This document shows, one piece after another, positions 39,119 to 52,787 of a DNA stretch of 64,000 nucleotides. The notes beneath the pieces are model-generated. The model made no database searches, had not been told where the DNA came from, and worked only from the letters and a program-made list of their open reading frames with translations. The position numbers and the translations under genes are program-made. The stretch comes from Vicugna vicugna (taxonomy: Eukaryota): positions 2,232,001 through 2,296,000 of the forward strand of contig MU058444.1 in NCBI GenBank assembly GCA_013265495.1, written 5' to 3'. Numbering within the stretch: position 1 is the stretch's first letter; each line of letters begins with the position of its first letter.

Positions 39119-39608
39119 AACAACAAAAAGCATCTCTTCTGGACAACACATACACAGCCTCAGACCTACCGCATCCCAGAATAACTTATCTTTTAAAATG
39201 ATTCTGACCATGCAATTACCAGGCAATGTCTCAACCACATTCCTGATAGATAAAAGATTCTCTTCAAAAGGGAACAGAATGATAAACATTACCTAAGAAA
39301 ACCGGGTATCACTTTAGAAGTTCATAACTTCTCTTCCACGGGGCCCCCCAATCGAGACCAATGCTAATCCTCACACTGGCATGTGACTAAAATTGTCTGC
39401 AAAGAGCAGATGTTCAAGTGACATTGTGGCCCTGTCTGAAATATAATAGTTAGAGAATGTGGTGTCATTTAAGGAGACACTATAATTTCCTGAATCGAAC
39501 GTAAAGCGTTAAAACATGTGTGGGACATTCAATTGTAAAAATTCTTATTTCTAACAACACTAAATGTACAAATGAGCATCCAAGAAGTATAAAAGCCCTG
39601 GGTCAAAA

Positions 39609-39730
39609 AAAAAATGTGACAATGAATATATGTATGTTCATGTATAACTGAAAAATTGTGCTCTACACAAGAATTTGACACAACATTGTAAAATGACTAT
39701 AACTCAATAAAAAAAAAAGTTTTTTTAAAA
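39609..39730 (+). mobile_element. Very short L1 3' end with an 18-bp TSD
   Basis: TSD aaaagccctgggtcaaaa (39591-39608) and aaaagccccgggtcaaaa (39731-39748). Confidence 0.85.
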
Positions 39731-40049
39731 AAAAGCCCCGGGTCAAAAGCACATGTTTTGGTTGTGAGTTATTTATGGGCAAAACTCGGAGACTCCACTT
39801 TCCTATCCAGAAATTAGACATATCTGCACACTGTGTGCCAGAAACACATTTACTCTCAACTCTGGGACAAAACCGTATCAAACACTGAAAGTCATTCCCA
39901 GTTTCTGGATCACAGGTGCCTTCAGGAATCTGATAGTCTGTGGGCTTCCTTCTAAATGCACACAGCACATGCAAACGAAAACAAAATTTTACCTACAGAT
40001 GGAGGGAACACGTGACCTTTTAACGTCAGCTTAAAAATTTCTAACCTGG

Positions 40050-40175
40050 AGGGGAGGGTCTAGCTCAGTGGTAGAGTGTGCGCTTAGCACGCACGAGGTC
40101 CTGGGCTCCATTCCCGGCACCCCCATTAAAAACAACAAGTAGTAAATAAATAAACCTAAATTACCTCTCCCGCCT
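40050..40175 (+). mobile_element. Vic-1-like SINE
   Basis: ggggagggtctagctcagtggtagagtgtgcgcttagcacgcacgaggtcctggg...taaataaacctaaattacctc. Confidence 0.88.
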
Positions 40176-40359
40176 CACAAAAGAAAGCAAAAACAGAACA
40201 CTTCAGCAAAAACCTGGAAGAAAACCCCACTGCAAGATTACATCAGAGTCACAGACAAGTGCCCTGGCCTGTAAGGTAACAGGACGGAGACTTACACACA
40301 AAGGGCTAATAGTCCAATGAGAAAATACCAGCGTTACCAACAAAATGCCTCCGAAAGGC

Positions 40360-40575
40360 AAAGTATAGTTGGTTTACAACGGCGTGTCAATTTCTGGTGC
40401 GCAGCAGAGTGATTCAGCTGCACACATATTAATGCCTTTTCATATTCTTTTTCCTTACAGGCTATTACAGGGCATTGAATACAGTTCCCTGTGCTGTACA
40501 GTAGGACCTCGTTGTTTCTCTGTTTTATATATGGTAGGTAGAATCTGCAAATTTATGCCTCTACCACCCCCTTTT
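40360..40575 (-). mobile_element. L1 3' end
   Basis: aagtatagttggtttacaac...gaatacagttccctgtgctgtacagtagg. Confidence 0.8.
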
Positions 40576-40699
40576 TAAAACTCCTAATTAGTTTTATTTT
40601 AGATTTTTAAGTCTATCAAAAGCAAGCAATGAGAGCCAGGGTCAGTTAGTGGCAAGAACAATTAGAATCACAAGGAATTTTGTTACAGGGTGATCTGAA

Positions 40700-41213
40700 G
40701 CAGCATCACTCCCACGTCCCTCAGGAAAGCGGCTGCCCCAGGGATGTGGTCTGTCAGTCACCATGGTGGCCAGCCCCCCAGGGCCACCCCCCCCAGGAGA
40801 AGCCCCGGGACTCCCCATCTTCTGTTGGTCACACCCTTATGCAGTCTCTTCTCACATGTGACCAACTGCATGTGGCCAAGTGGACATGTCACTTGGCAGT
40901 TAGGCTGCACAGGACGGAGCCTTCCTCTCGGTACCCACGCCCTACCCTTCTACTGGGTCTCTGACCCCCTAGAAAGTCAGCTGCCGGGCTCTGGGCATAT
41001 GAGGCTTCTGGGGACAGCGAGTGGGGTCCGGGAGCCTGGAGGCCGATTCTCTGAGGCCCCTGACGAGCCTGGAGATGTCACCTGATGAGAAACCAGGGGG
41101 CCACAAACTCCCAGCTAAGCCCCTCCTAGATTCCCGGTGAAATAGTGAAACTTTACTGCCCAAAGCTTCTAGATTGTTGAGTAATTCATTACACAGAGCG
41201 GATAACTGGTATC
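40700..41213 (+). mobile_element. MLT1-type MaLR LTR (degraded)
   Basis: 3' end cccagctaagcccctcctagattccc...gtaattcattacacagagcggataactggtatca. Confidence 0.5.
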
Positions 41214-41275
41214 ATTATCTTTGTCTTTTCTTTTCTTTTCTGAGCCTTCTTGGCCCTTAAAAGTAATTGGTCACC

Positions 41276-41380
41276 TAGAATTTGACACAACAGTGTAAAA
41301 TGACTATAACTCAATAAAAAATGTTAAAATAGAAAATAAAAAAGTATCAAGAAATTTTAAAAATTTTTAATTAAAAAAAA
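41276..41380 (+). mobile_element. Tiny L1 3' terminus with TSD
   Basis: TSD aattggtcacc on both sides; agaatttgacacaacagtgtaaaatgactataactcaataaaaaatgtt. Confidence 0.8.
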
Positions 41381-42284
41381 ATTGGTCACCAGTGAGCTTT
41401 TCTTCCACTGTGTGTCCTATATAACCACCCTCCAACACCCACACCTTCTTCACTTCCTCCACCCAGACGTGGGTCCCTTGTATCTTACCATTACAAATGC
41501 CACAAAAGCCTACACACCCGTACACAAAGGGCAAAGCCTACACACCTCTGAACCACCGGCCCCCACCCAAATGCACACAGGAGACACGCAGGTGATGTCA
41601 ATGACCAGGTAAGCTGGGCGGAGTTTAAGGTAACAGGGATGTGGGGGGCCAGGTGAAGATCATGATGATCTCAAGGGCGTGTGTTCTGCTTTTGAGTTGC
41701 CTTTTGTTGCCTTTTGAGTACGTGGACCCAGTGTTACCAGATGACCTTTTTTTCCCAAGAAGCGCCTACACTCTGTTCAAATAAAACGTCCCAATTTTTT
41801 AAATATTGGTTTAAAATTTTGCCACAGTACATGGGATAAAAAAATACCTGCAGTCCAGATTTAGCCTGTGAGCCACCAACTTCCACCTGCTACTCTAGAT
41901 TTTTTTCCCTTTTTCCCCACCTTTCTCCCTTTTTCCCTTTTTAAATATATATTTTTTTTATTGCAGTCTAGTCAGTTTACAATGTTGCGTCAGTTTCTGG
42001 TGTACAGCACAATGCTTCAGCCATGCACGAACATCCATACATTCATTTTCATATACTCTAGATTAATCTCTCTAGAATTCCTCTGCTCAACAATCTTCAA
42101 TGGTTGCCCGTGACCCCTTCACCCGGCTTTGACACACCTCTTCAGTATGACCTCAACTTACTTTTCCAGGCTTCCGATCTCATTCTGGAATGTTCTATCA
42201 CACAGGCCTTCTGCCCGACACCCTCCGGAAGAGCCTGTGTTGCCCACTCACGGCGTTCCCGTCCACTGCCGCGTCCACACCCTA

Positions 42285-42470
42285 CACACAGTTCCTGGCT
42301 TCAGGGAGCGCGCGGGTTCTGGGGAAAGCGGGGCGCACACAAGCCCCGCGGGGTCCGCGGAAACGGAGCCCCTCCCCGGAGGGCAGGGAGGGCCGCGGGC
42401 AGAGCGGCCGCGAGCGAGCGGGGCGAGAACGAGCCGCGGCTGAGCGCAGCGCGCGGACCTGACCTTCAAG
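42285..42470. promoter_or_regulatory. Small, extremely CpG-dense GC peak
   Basis: gggccgcgggcagagcggccgcgagcgagcggggcgagaacgagccgcggctgagcgcagcgcgcgg. Confidence 0.45.
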
Positions 42471-42499
42471 GTCTCCTTCCTGCCTCTAATTGAAACTGC

Positions 42500-43630
42500 G
42501 GCCACCATAATTACGCATAGAACAGATGTCGGTAGATACTTCGCTTATTAACTGAAAACCAGTCCATGACGCTTTATAAGATACGGTTCCAAAATACGAG
42601 CACCACTCTTGAAAACAGACGACAAAACACGTCCAGGTCCTGGTTTCTAAAACCAGCCTCCGAAAAAACGGAACCAAGGCTCCTGGGAGAAATGGCTGAG
42701 TCCAGGGCTGGGGTAGGAAATACACAAAATGAGCCTAGAACGTTCTGTAACGTCAGAAAAGTAAGGAAGTGGGACGTGTCAAAGGCAGGGAGGACCCTCC
42801 TGGTGTCCCACACTGGGGTAGTTTTGACAACAAAATAAGTAACATCATGTTGGATTGTAACTCAAAGCATAAAATAAATATTGCTAAGTCCATAGTGATC
42901 CAAATAAACGACCAAGTGGATACAAAGATAAAGGGGGGAGAAGACACACATTTCCTTCCCAGAAGAATCCCAAACGATGTACGCAGACCCTCTCCACTCG
43001 AGGGCGCGAGGCTCAACTCCCCACCCCTCGAGGATGGGCTGCGCATCCCACCCCAAGGTACCAAGAATAACCTGCGTCCTAAGAACATAAGAACAGAGGA
43101 TGCAGGGCTGGGGAGGGGAGGGGCCCGGCAAACACAGCCCCAGCCACGCCATCAAGGTGGCCGACGCGGGGGGTCATCTTGGGAGTGGGTGCCCTTGCTA
43201 TGATGTGCTGAGAATGACTTTATGAACCCTGTCGTCTTTCCTGTAGAAACTCATGAGAAAAACATCAGATAAACCCCAACGGAAAGACGCTACTCCACAC
43301 CTAACCAGAACTCCTCCAAATGGTCAAGGTCATGAGGAATTAGGAAAATCTCAGAAAATGTCAGAGACTAGACAAGACTAAAGGGACAGGATAACTAAGC
43401 GTAATGTGGTCTCCTCCAAAGGATCCTGGAGGAGAAACAGGGTTATTACGGAAAAAGTCATGAAATTCAAATCAAGGATGGAAGCTAGTTGAAGGTGATG
43501 GACCTGCGTTGGTCCATTAGCTGTGATAAACGTACACACTAACATAAGACGTTAACAACAGAGGAAACTCTCTGTACTCTCTTTGCAGCGTTTCTGTAAA
43601 CTAAAAACTATTCTAAAATTAAAAGTTCAT
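42500..43630 (+). mobile_element. Old L1MC/MD-type 3' UTR
   Basis: ccaaggctcctgggagaaatggctgagtccagggctgggg, agaaaaacatcagataaacccc, and ending aaaactattctaaaattaaaagtt. Confidence 0.75.
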
Positions 43631-46417
43631 TTCAAGGGACGCACAGCAATTCCAGGTCAGAGGTTGCCACCAGGTGAGATTGGAAACCAGTTCAATGAAC
43701 TTTTTTTAGCATTATCAGTAACTTTTTTCTTTTACTGAAAAACAAAATCTAGGCAAGAATTTAAAACAAAATGTTAATATTCACTGAAAGTTAGCAATGA
43801 GATGCCACTGCATTTTGTTCTAATATCTTTTGGTAATTTAAATTTCTTTTTTCAATTAAGAAATTTCAAAAAGGGGGAAGGAAGTTCATGTTAAATTTTT
43901 TAAAAAATTTCAGAGGACTGACGTTATCTGAAATCTTTTTCTGAGCAAAAAAGAGGACTCTGGACTTAAGCTTTATGCTAAAAGTATTTTTTAAAGGCTA
44001 AAACACTAATGTAAAATTTTTTTTGGCGAAATGGAACTATTCTTTATTCTGAATGTTGTGGTGATTACACAAACCTATATATGTGGGGAAATTCATAGAA
44101 GTGTACACCAAAAAATAAAATTTAATTTATGGATGGAAACTTTCAAGTTTAATTTTTCTTTAATCGAAGTATATAGTCAGTTTACAATGTGTCAATTTCT
44201 GGTGTACACTAACCTAAATTTTTTATTTTTTAAATCTTTAAAAATTTTTCTTGCTCACCCACTCTTTATCACATGTAGAGATTTTATTTTGAATAAAACC
44301 ACAAAAACAAGTTGTCTATTCAAAGATCACAGTCAAATCAAGACCTGGAGGAAGGTTAAATTCCGAGCATACAGGCACCGTGACAGCTAACTCTGAAATG
44401 TTGACAATTACAGAAGTGGAAGACCCAAACAAATAGGAGCACGCTCTCAAGGGGCCCTTTACGCTCTACAGATTAATGTAAGAAACTGAGAACATCGCTC
44501 ATCTTTGTGCAGAGGTGAACGTGCTACCTTCACTGCTAAGTCTCCTCTCCTCGGCTCTGGCTCCTAACACTTTACTTGAATTAACCCTGGTTTCTCTATG
44601 TAAATAATAAACGGCATGTAATTAGAACCAGAAACACAAGGTGTAGGAAAAACAAGGCATCTGTGTCTTAAGGGGATCCAGCAACTAGGGAACGATGCTT
44701 CCCATCCAGACTCTGAGCCAGTTCAGAAACGAGATAAAACAGATGAGAAGTGAAGAGAACAAATGTAGACAGATGGACGAAAGGGGAGAAATAAGAAGGC
44801 AAACCAAGGACCAAAGTGTCACCTTTACTCCTCATAAGTCCTAAACTGGAGAACATGGCTCACCACAGACAAGGAGATAGTCTCCAAACACTGAGCTCCC
44901 CACCCACAGAACAGACTCAGGTCCCAACAGGTGCCCTGGGGGTGGGACAGCCGGTCTCCAGAGCATCGGCAGCAGAGCCGAGCAGACTGAGGACGGAGGG
45001 ATGGTGAGCACCACGCCTGCCTTCTCACCCCAAACCCACCCGTCAGGCTGAGCCCCCTCGACTCCCCCGAGAGGGGACGGGAGGCAGCAGTGCTAGACTG
45101 TGGAACCTCCACACATGAAGCAAAACACTGGGAACTGAGAGGAAGTCTTTCTCTCCAAAGGAATCACAATCACAAGGGAAACAATCACCATTTATCTTGC
45201 TGCAGCTTGTCAGGTGTTACAAACAATATTTTAAAATGCAAATGAAAAGTCTAACATTTTAAATATGCACACTCCTTGGCTCGTTATGTTAAGGATGGCC
45301 AACTGAGTCCCTGGATGTCAAAGCATGAAGGCTGAGTAGATCTAAGAAGAACTTGGATTCCAAGGGAGTCCTTCCTTCATCCTTGTCTCCTCTAAGCAAT
45401 ATCATGAATTTGGACACAAATAAAAATAAACTGTTCCAGCGGGAATGCAAGGAGGATGACAGACCTGGCGGCCCCCAGGTGCCCAGTCTTCCTCGTTTGT
45501 CATTCTGCTCTTAACCTCATTTCCTTACACGTGAAGGACTGTGAGCGGCTCAGGCCTCGTGGGCCCACGTTATCATCCTCTGTCTCGTCGCCATGTTACA
45601 TTAACCTCTTCCGGGAATTGTCTGCTCGTCCTCCCCACCCACCTGGGCGCCTGCCACACAGGAGTCAAAGCACGTACCTGTGTGTCTTCAATTTTGGAAA
45701 AACAAAACTTGCTCCTGAGCCGTGATCCATTCCCAAGACGCAGAGTATGACAAGATGGAATCCTTACAACTTGCAGGCTCATTCCATTTCTGTGATCCCT
45801 TGCATTCCATACATGTGTGTCTGCTCTCCTAGTGGGTGGGAGATCCGAATTCTCCTGAATTTAACTCTAATCTTGTCTGAGCCTGTTCCAGTGTCTGAGT
45901 TTCTGATCAGTTCATAACGAGAGCCGAAGACCTGCTGGTTGACCTCTGTGTTTATCACCAAGCCCCTTGGTTCAGGATTATTCCTTCCCTTAATGTCACG
46001 CTCCGAGCATTCCCGTCCTAGGACATTTTTCACCCAAGATGCACCTAAGAATAGCAGAGTGTCCTACTGTCCCAAGCACTGACATCAAAGGTCCATCAGT
46101 GACAGGGCAGAAACCACCCGGAATGTGGGCCACGTGCTGCCCTTTTTTGAATTCGTGCGCTAGAGGATCGGAGGGCATGGCTGAGAAAATGGGTTCAGGA
46201 GGACTTTATGGACCGATTTTTAGGAATCTTCTGCTTCTTCTGACCTTAGTCCACCGCAGCAGGACATCAGTTCCCTGGAAAAGCAGGCTTGAAGTTATCA
46301 CTAGGCACAGAGCCATTTCCCTGAAACTGTGATTTCTTGCATAGTGAAAACTATACCAGTTTGTAAGCTCTTCTTCATGGAAACATTCAAAGTTTCAAAT
46401 GAGAAAGTACCACCACA

Positions 46418-46843
46418 AGTAAGCCAGAAAGAAAAAGAAAAATACCATGTGGTATCACTCATATGTAAAATCTAAAAAATTCTTAAACGACACAAATGAA
46501 CTTATTTACAAAGTAGAAACAGACTCACAGACGTAGAAAACAAACATGGTTACCAGGAGTTTGGAAGGGGGTGGGAAGGGATAAATTGTGAGTTTGAGGT
46601 TTGCAGATACTACCAATTATATATAAAATAGATAAACAAGTTCATACTGTAGAGCACAGGGAACTATATTCAGCATCCTGTAGTAACCTTTAATGAAAAA
46701 GAATATGAAAAGGAATTTATGTATGTAAATGTATGACTAACATATTATGCTGCACACCAGAAACTTACATAATGTTGTAAACTGACTGTACTTCAATAAA
46801 AAAAAATTTTTTCTTAAAGATTTAGATAAACATTTAAAAGAAT
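46418..46843 (+). mobile_element. L1 3' end with TSD
   Basis: TSD aaagtaccaccaca / aaagtaccatcaca. Confidence 0.88.
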
Positions 46844-46869
46844 AAAGTACCATCACAGACTTTGACCTA

Positions 46870-47065
46870 ATAACAGTAACATTCACTGCATCACTGAGCT
46901 ACCATGAGGCACTCTTCCAAGAAGTCTACACGCACTCACTCATTCCCCTCACAACAGCTCTGTGAAGTGGTACGATTCCTCCTCCCATTTTGTAAGCGAT
47001 GGCCCTGAGGCACAAAGATGTTCAAACTGTTGGCACATGGATGGTGCAGTGGACCCTGTGTCTGG
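46870..47065 (+). mobile_element. MIR SINE
   Basis: cctcacaacagctctgtgaagtgg...cccattttgtaagcgatggccctgaggcacaaaga. Confidence 0.65.
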
Positions 47066-47543
47066 GCTCACAGAGGGAACCTGCCTAAGGTAAATGTGCC
47101 TGGAATGAATAATATTCTATTCACAAAAATTGCATATGTAATTATTATTATCCTCTCTGCTTTCATTTCTGATAGTAACCTGATGCTCAGAGAGACAAAG
47201 TAATTTAATCAAGGTCACTTAAATCAAGACTCGACTTGGAAGGTCAGGATCTCTAAAACAAACTAGACTAAATGCTTCGCATTCCTAGACACTGCACAAA
47301 ATGATACAAAATAGCTTAGGTACTTTATGGGCTTAAGCACTTCATTATTTAATACAGGCTGCAATTCTCACCAGAGTCAGCACAGAAAAATATGAAAGAC
47401 TGTAACAGACACCACAAAAAATAAAATTAGACTTCCATCTCTTCAGAAGGAAACCCAAAGCTTATAGAGAAGCATACTAATTAAACATGGGTATTTCTTG
47501 TCTTACTTCGAGATTATTAATGACCAAATAAATGCCAGGCTTC

Positions 47544-47574
<31 letters not shown>

Positions 47575-48282
47575 AAGGGAGAAGTATGGCTATTAAGAGA
47601 GTCTAACATGTAACTGTTTAGTAATTTTCTCTGTACAAGTGAGTAATGTTAATGTGATAAAATGATTATTAGAAAAGGAGAAAAGACAACTTTCATGAAA
47701 TATACATGCTTAAAAATCAGACTCTGAACAACACTTAAATTTAATTATGATGATCATAAAGAAAAATGCTATTAAGTTCTTAGTCATCAAATATTTTCAG
47801 AAGCAAAAGCTTATGAAAAATTAAACTGTATAAGATATACTTCTATTAGTTGGTCCCAACTTTTGGAAAAGGGGCTAGAATAATTTGTATAATCAAGAGA
47901 ATTCCGGTTATAGTGGCTACAGCACAATGCACAGAGGTTAAGAAACTTGAGTTCTGTCATTTATACATGGAACCTACATTTTTTTTAAGTATGAACAGAA
48001 TCAAGGTATGTTTCAACATCAAGATATACCTCTACAACAGTATAGTCCAATGAAATAATGGATGGACTGTGTTCTAACCAATTCTCCAATACTGAGCAAT
48101 TAGAATCACTTCCAACTTTTCACTACTATTATAAACAGAGCTGTAACCAGTACCCTTTTTAAACTTTCACGTATACTGATGTTCCCTTCTAATAAATTCT
48201 TAAAAGTGAAATTTCCGTCAACATGAATATGTATGTTGTCCTGCAGAAAGAATCTATCACTTTTAGTCTTAGAAATACTGTG

Positions 48283-48786
48283 TAAAGTTGTGGTATATTT
48301 ATACAATGGAATACTACTCAGCCATAAAAAAGAATAGACTAATGCCATTTGCAGCAACATGGATGGACCTGGAGATCGTCATTCTAAGTGAAGTAAGCCA
48401 GAAAGAGAAAGAAAAATACCATACGATATCACTCACATGTGGAATCTAAAAAGGAAAAAAGAAAAAAGAGGACACTAATGAACTCACTACAAAAGAAACA
48501 GACAGTAAACAGTCTTATGGTTACCAGGGAAAAGGGGTTGAAAGGGATAAATTTGGGAATTTGAGATTTGCAAATGTTAACCACTATATATAAAAATAGA
48601 TTAAAAAAACAAATTTCTTCTGTATAGCACAGGGAACTATATTCATTATCTTATGATCACCTTTAATGAAAAAGAATATGAAAACAAATATATGTGTATA
48701 TATATGCATGACCAGGACATGATACTGTACACCAGAAATTGACACACTGTAACTGACTATGCTTCAATTTAAAAAAAAAAAAGTAT
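48283..48786 (+). mobile_element. Young L1 3' end with TSD
   Basis: TSD agaaatactgt on both sides; poly-A tail. Confidence 0.9.
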
Positions 48787-48944
48787 CCAGAAATACTGTC
48801 TGAAATAGCACAAGTCTGGACTAATTTTTAAATATTTGTACATTATAACCATAAATATATAGATATGTATGTTTGTACATGACATATGTGTATACATATA
48901 CACAAATCTCTATTATACAAACAGTATCTTTTAAAATACTGTGC

Positions 48945-49420
48945 TTTTTTATTGTGGTAAAAAAATGTATAGCATAAAATTTACCATCTTAATCACTTTT
49001 AAGTGTACACAGTTCATTAGTGTTAAATATATTCACGTTGCTGTGCAGCGCATCCTCAGAACTTCTTCGTATCACAGAACTGAAACCCTGTAGCCGTCAG
49101 ACAGCAACTCCCCATTCCCGCCCCAAGCCCCACCCCGCCCACCGTCCCTGGTCACCACCCTTGCGCTCTCTGTTTCTATGCAATTTGACTACGCTCGATA
49201 CCACAAACAAGAGGGGTCACGTGGGGTCCGTCTTTTTGTGACTGGCTTATTTCACCAGCATTGTGTCCCCAAGGTCCCACCATGTTGTAGACGTGCCAGA
49301 ATTTCCTTCCTTATTAAAACTGAGTATCATTCCAGTGTCTGTACAGCCACCTTCTGTTTATTCAGCCATCGATGGGCACGTGGGTTGCTCCCACCTCTTG
49401 GCTACTGTGAACAGTGCTGC
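48945..49420 (-). mobile_element. L1MA/MB-type 3' end
   Basis: ttattgtggtaaaa...cataaaatttaccatcttaatcacttttaagtgtaca...gttgctcccacctcttggctactgtgaacagtgctgc. Confidence 0.8.
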
Positions 49421-51639
49421 TGTATAAAATATCATGCTTATTTACAAAGATCGATGAACACAGTAAAATTTTATGGTAGAAGTCCTTGGCACCAAGAATG
49501 CCAATTACGTCATTAAAGAGATAGGAGAATTCCACTTGACGTGGTCTACAACGTCAGCTTACTGTCTAGACCAGAACACGTGCCACTGGTGAGCGCATTC
49601 AACATATTTTAGAAAGAAATCACACACGAGGCAGGAAAAATTAACAAGCATCATGTCCCCTGGGTGGGGGCGGAGGGATAAGGAAGCCCAGCCCTTCCAC
49701 CACTCGGCCCCTGGAGCTCCCACACGGAGCAGGGACTCACTCAGTCACTCGTGGGAACAGGACGTCCTCACCTGCCCTCACGAGGGGTCAGAGCCCTGCC
49801 CCTCCCATCCAGTCCCACCCGCTGTCCCCCCTGCACCGGCTGCTCCTAGGGGTTCAGATCACACTCTTAGAGAAGGTCCTCCGGTTACTTTTCCTGCCAC
49901 ACTTTCACTCGCTGACATTGGGCACAGCCATTATTTCTCCAGAGCTGGGCTTTCTGTCTTACCAGGAGGTAAGGTTAAAAAAATGGTTTTAATGGAAAAG
50001 AATCTGAAAATATGTGTGTGTGTGTATGTGTGTGTGTGTGTGTGTGTGTAATATAAATACCCGAATCGCTTTGCAGTCCACCTGAAACTAACATTGTAAA
50101 TCAACTACACATCATTTAAAAAAATTAAAAATAAACAGAATGAATGAATAAAATAGGTAAAACTTTTTTTTAAAAAAGGGTTCATCTAATCCTCTATGAT
50201 TTCTCGTTTATAGTTACTATCACTTACAGTCACCATGGTAAGTTAACAGTTATGATGCCCATTTTACGAAAGAGGAAAACTGAGGCTCAGAATGTGTGAG
50301 TCATTTACCTGTGTGACAGAGTTTGAATAAACCAAGCCAAGTCTGGAACTTACATCTGTTAAGTTTCAAGCTCATGTTCTCTGCACTACCTTATGCTGCA
50401 GTAAACAAAATGTCTTGTTACTTCTAAGTCACTAACACCTATGATAGATAAAAGCCATTATTCTTCTCAAAACATCAAGTTTACACACTTTGGACTTCTC
50501 ATTTACTTTCCCTCCTCATTCAGAAATCCAGGGAGAACACACGCATTCTTCCTCCTCTGGAGCTCCGTCTAAGAATGCGTCATCGGTAACTAAATACATC
50601 TGCTGTGTATTGACTTTCATTTGCTCGGAAAGAGACTCACATCTGCTGGTTAGCAAGCTGGAAAGCAAACACGTTTACTGCATTATTTTCTAAATTACTC
50701 AGGAGCTTAAAACATACCACTAACCACACTTCTGGGTGAAGGCTTCTACAGCTATCGTAAGAAAAATAAAAACCAGTTTGTACCAGTCCACAAAACATGA
50801 AAGTGTCCAATGATCACACTGCCCCAACCAAAGAAATCAGCTGGGTGCTTCCGACAGAAGAAATCCCCACTGCCCAGCCCTGGGCCAACACCACCAAAGG
50901 TCCTGCCCAACGAAAATGCTACAGATGAGGTGGTACATCGTCAGCCTGATCCATTCCTCCAAGCCTGGGAAGGCTGAAGGTGGGAGGTGAGAAGCCGAGA
51001 GACTAGGGATAAAAATGAAACGCCCATCAAGGTCAAGAGAGCAGGAGGCCAGAAGGAGCTGCTCACAAGCTGCCTTAGATCCGGCCACTGTGCACCTCTA
51101 CACTAAGTCCTGTATCCCTTCTTCCTTTCCAGGAAGGAGCCTGAGGGAGGCTCTGCACCTCGAAACCAGACCAGACCAGTAAGGATACAATGCAGTAATG
51201 CAGACACTATTTCGTGTGTACTGCAGTAGAGAGCAGTCAGGTAAACATATGAATGTTCAGGAACCAGGAGGATACAAAGTAAGAAGGTGAAGAAGCCCGT
51301 GGTGTCAGGTGCAAATCGTGAGCATCACTATTAAACTTATGTCAGAAAATAGGTATCTGCCTCCTAGCTATTGCCATTAAAGGGACCTAGACGCAGGGGT
51401 AACCGGGTAGCAATACGCACACCTAGCAGCCAGATGTGATGTCTGAAAAGCAAATCCCCACTGAAATAAACTAGGACTCCCTGGAGAAGTAACTGACGGC
51501 AGATCTGGGGCAGGGAACGCACAAGGCAGAGCCCGAAACACCCTGTGCCAGAAAGCAAAGGAGTGCTTAAAGATTAATAAGAACATGGTGAAAAGACACT
51601 GAAGGCAGCCTCGAAGGGCTTCTGCTAGCCCAGCGTGGG

Positions 51640-52780
51640 ATGATTGAAGCATCATACAGAAGAGAAATGGTGATGGATTCTAACACACTGAATAAAAAAG
51701 GAACCCATGAGTCACCAGTGATGTTTAAAAAAGAAAAGGGAGGAAGAGAGGAAAGTCTTTCTTTACAGAAGAACGCCAGCTGATCAGTGAGAAAGAAGCA
51801 AGCACCATTTCACAGTAACTGGATCAGGCAGGGTTCAGGGCATACTCACCACTGGGTGAAAGGTTCCTGGGGAGCAGCACAGACACAGATCACTCACAGA
51901 TGACGCATGCATACAAGAGAGGAAAAGTACCCAAAAGGGACTTTTACAGCAGACAGATCTAGCAGACAGCACCTTAACTAGGAGACTGAATTTCACACCA
52001 CCATCAGTGGGACGTGCGGCACGTGCCTGACATGGTGCAATAAGAAATACACATCATCACCTCTAACGTTTTTCGTTTGGTTGGGTTTTGGTTTTTGTTT
52101 TTTGGGGGCGAGGGTAGCGGGGCATGGGGATTAGGTTTATTCATTTATTTATTTCAATGAACGTACTGGGGATTGAACCCAGGACCTCGTGCACGCTCAG
52201 TATGTGTTCTGTCCCTGAGCTGTACTCTCCCCACCCCCAACCATTACCTCTAACATTTTTGCCAAAAAATGTTTAACCTAAATCCAATCATGAGGAAATA
52301 ATAAAAATCCAGACTATGGGACATTCTGTTGGACAATTGGGGAAGAGGGGGGCTTTTTCTAGAATAAATGAGACTAAAGACTTATACCAATCAGATGCAG
52401 CATACGATCCTATTTGGATCTTGGAGTCCTGGGAGTCAGGGGAGAGCGGTGGGGGCTGAAGGCTGGGGGAAATCAGGGAGGGATGTGTGTTATGTATGAG
52501 ATGCTACTATAGACATTTTCTTAGGGATGAAGGCAGTGTGCCGGTTATGTTAGAGAACACCCGTATTCTGCGTACTCAATTATTTAGGGACAAAGTGTCA
52601 TGATGTGTAAACAATTTTTAATGGTTCAGTAAAAACTAAAGATACAGAGACAGAGCACAAAGGCATCAAAATGTTAATAAATCAGCAAACCTAGGTGAAG
52701 GGTGTACACAGTGTTCCTTTAAGTCTTCTTTCAACTTTCCTCTAGATTTTAAGTTTTTCAAAATAAAAGGGGTGGGGAAG
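51640..52780 (+). mobile_element. Old L1ME/MC4-type 3' UTR containing a SINE
   Basis: aatgtttaacctaaatccaatcatgagg...tttttcaaaataaaagg. Confidence 0.7.
52105..52233 (-). mobile_element. Vic-1-like SINE
   Basis: Reverse SINE; TSD catcacctctaacgtttt / cattacctctaacatttt. Confidence 0.85.
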
Positions 52781-52787
52781 ATTTGCA

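Noticed and set aside
38572..39126. 184-aa minus-strand ORF
   Set aside because: It is mostly the antisense reading of an L1MC 3' UTR.
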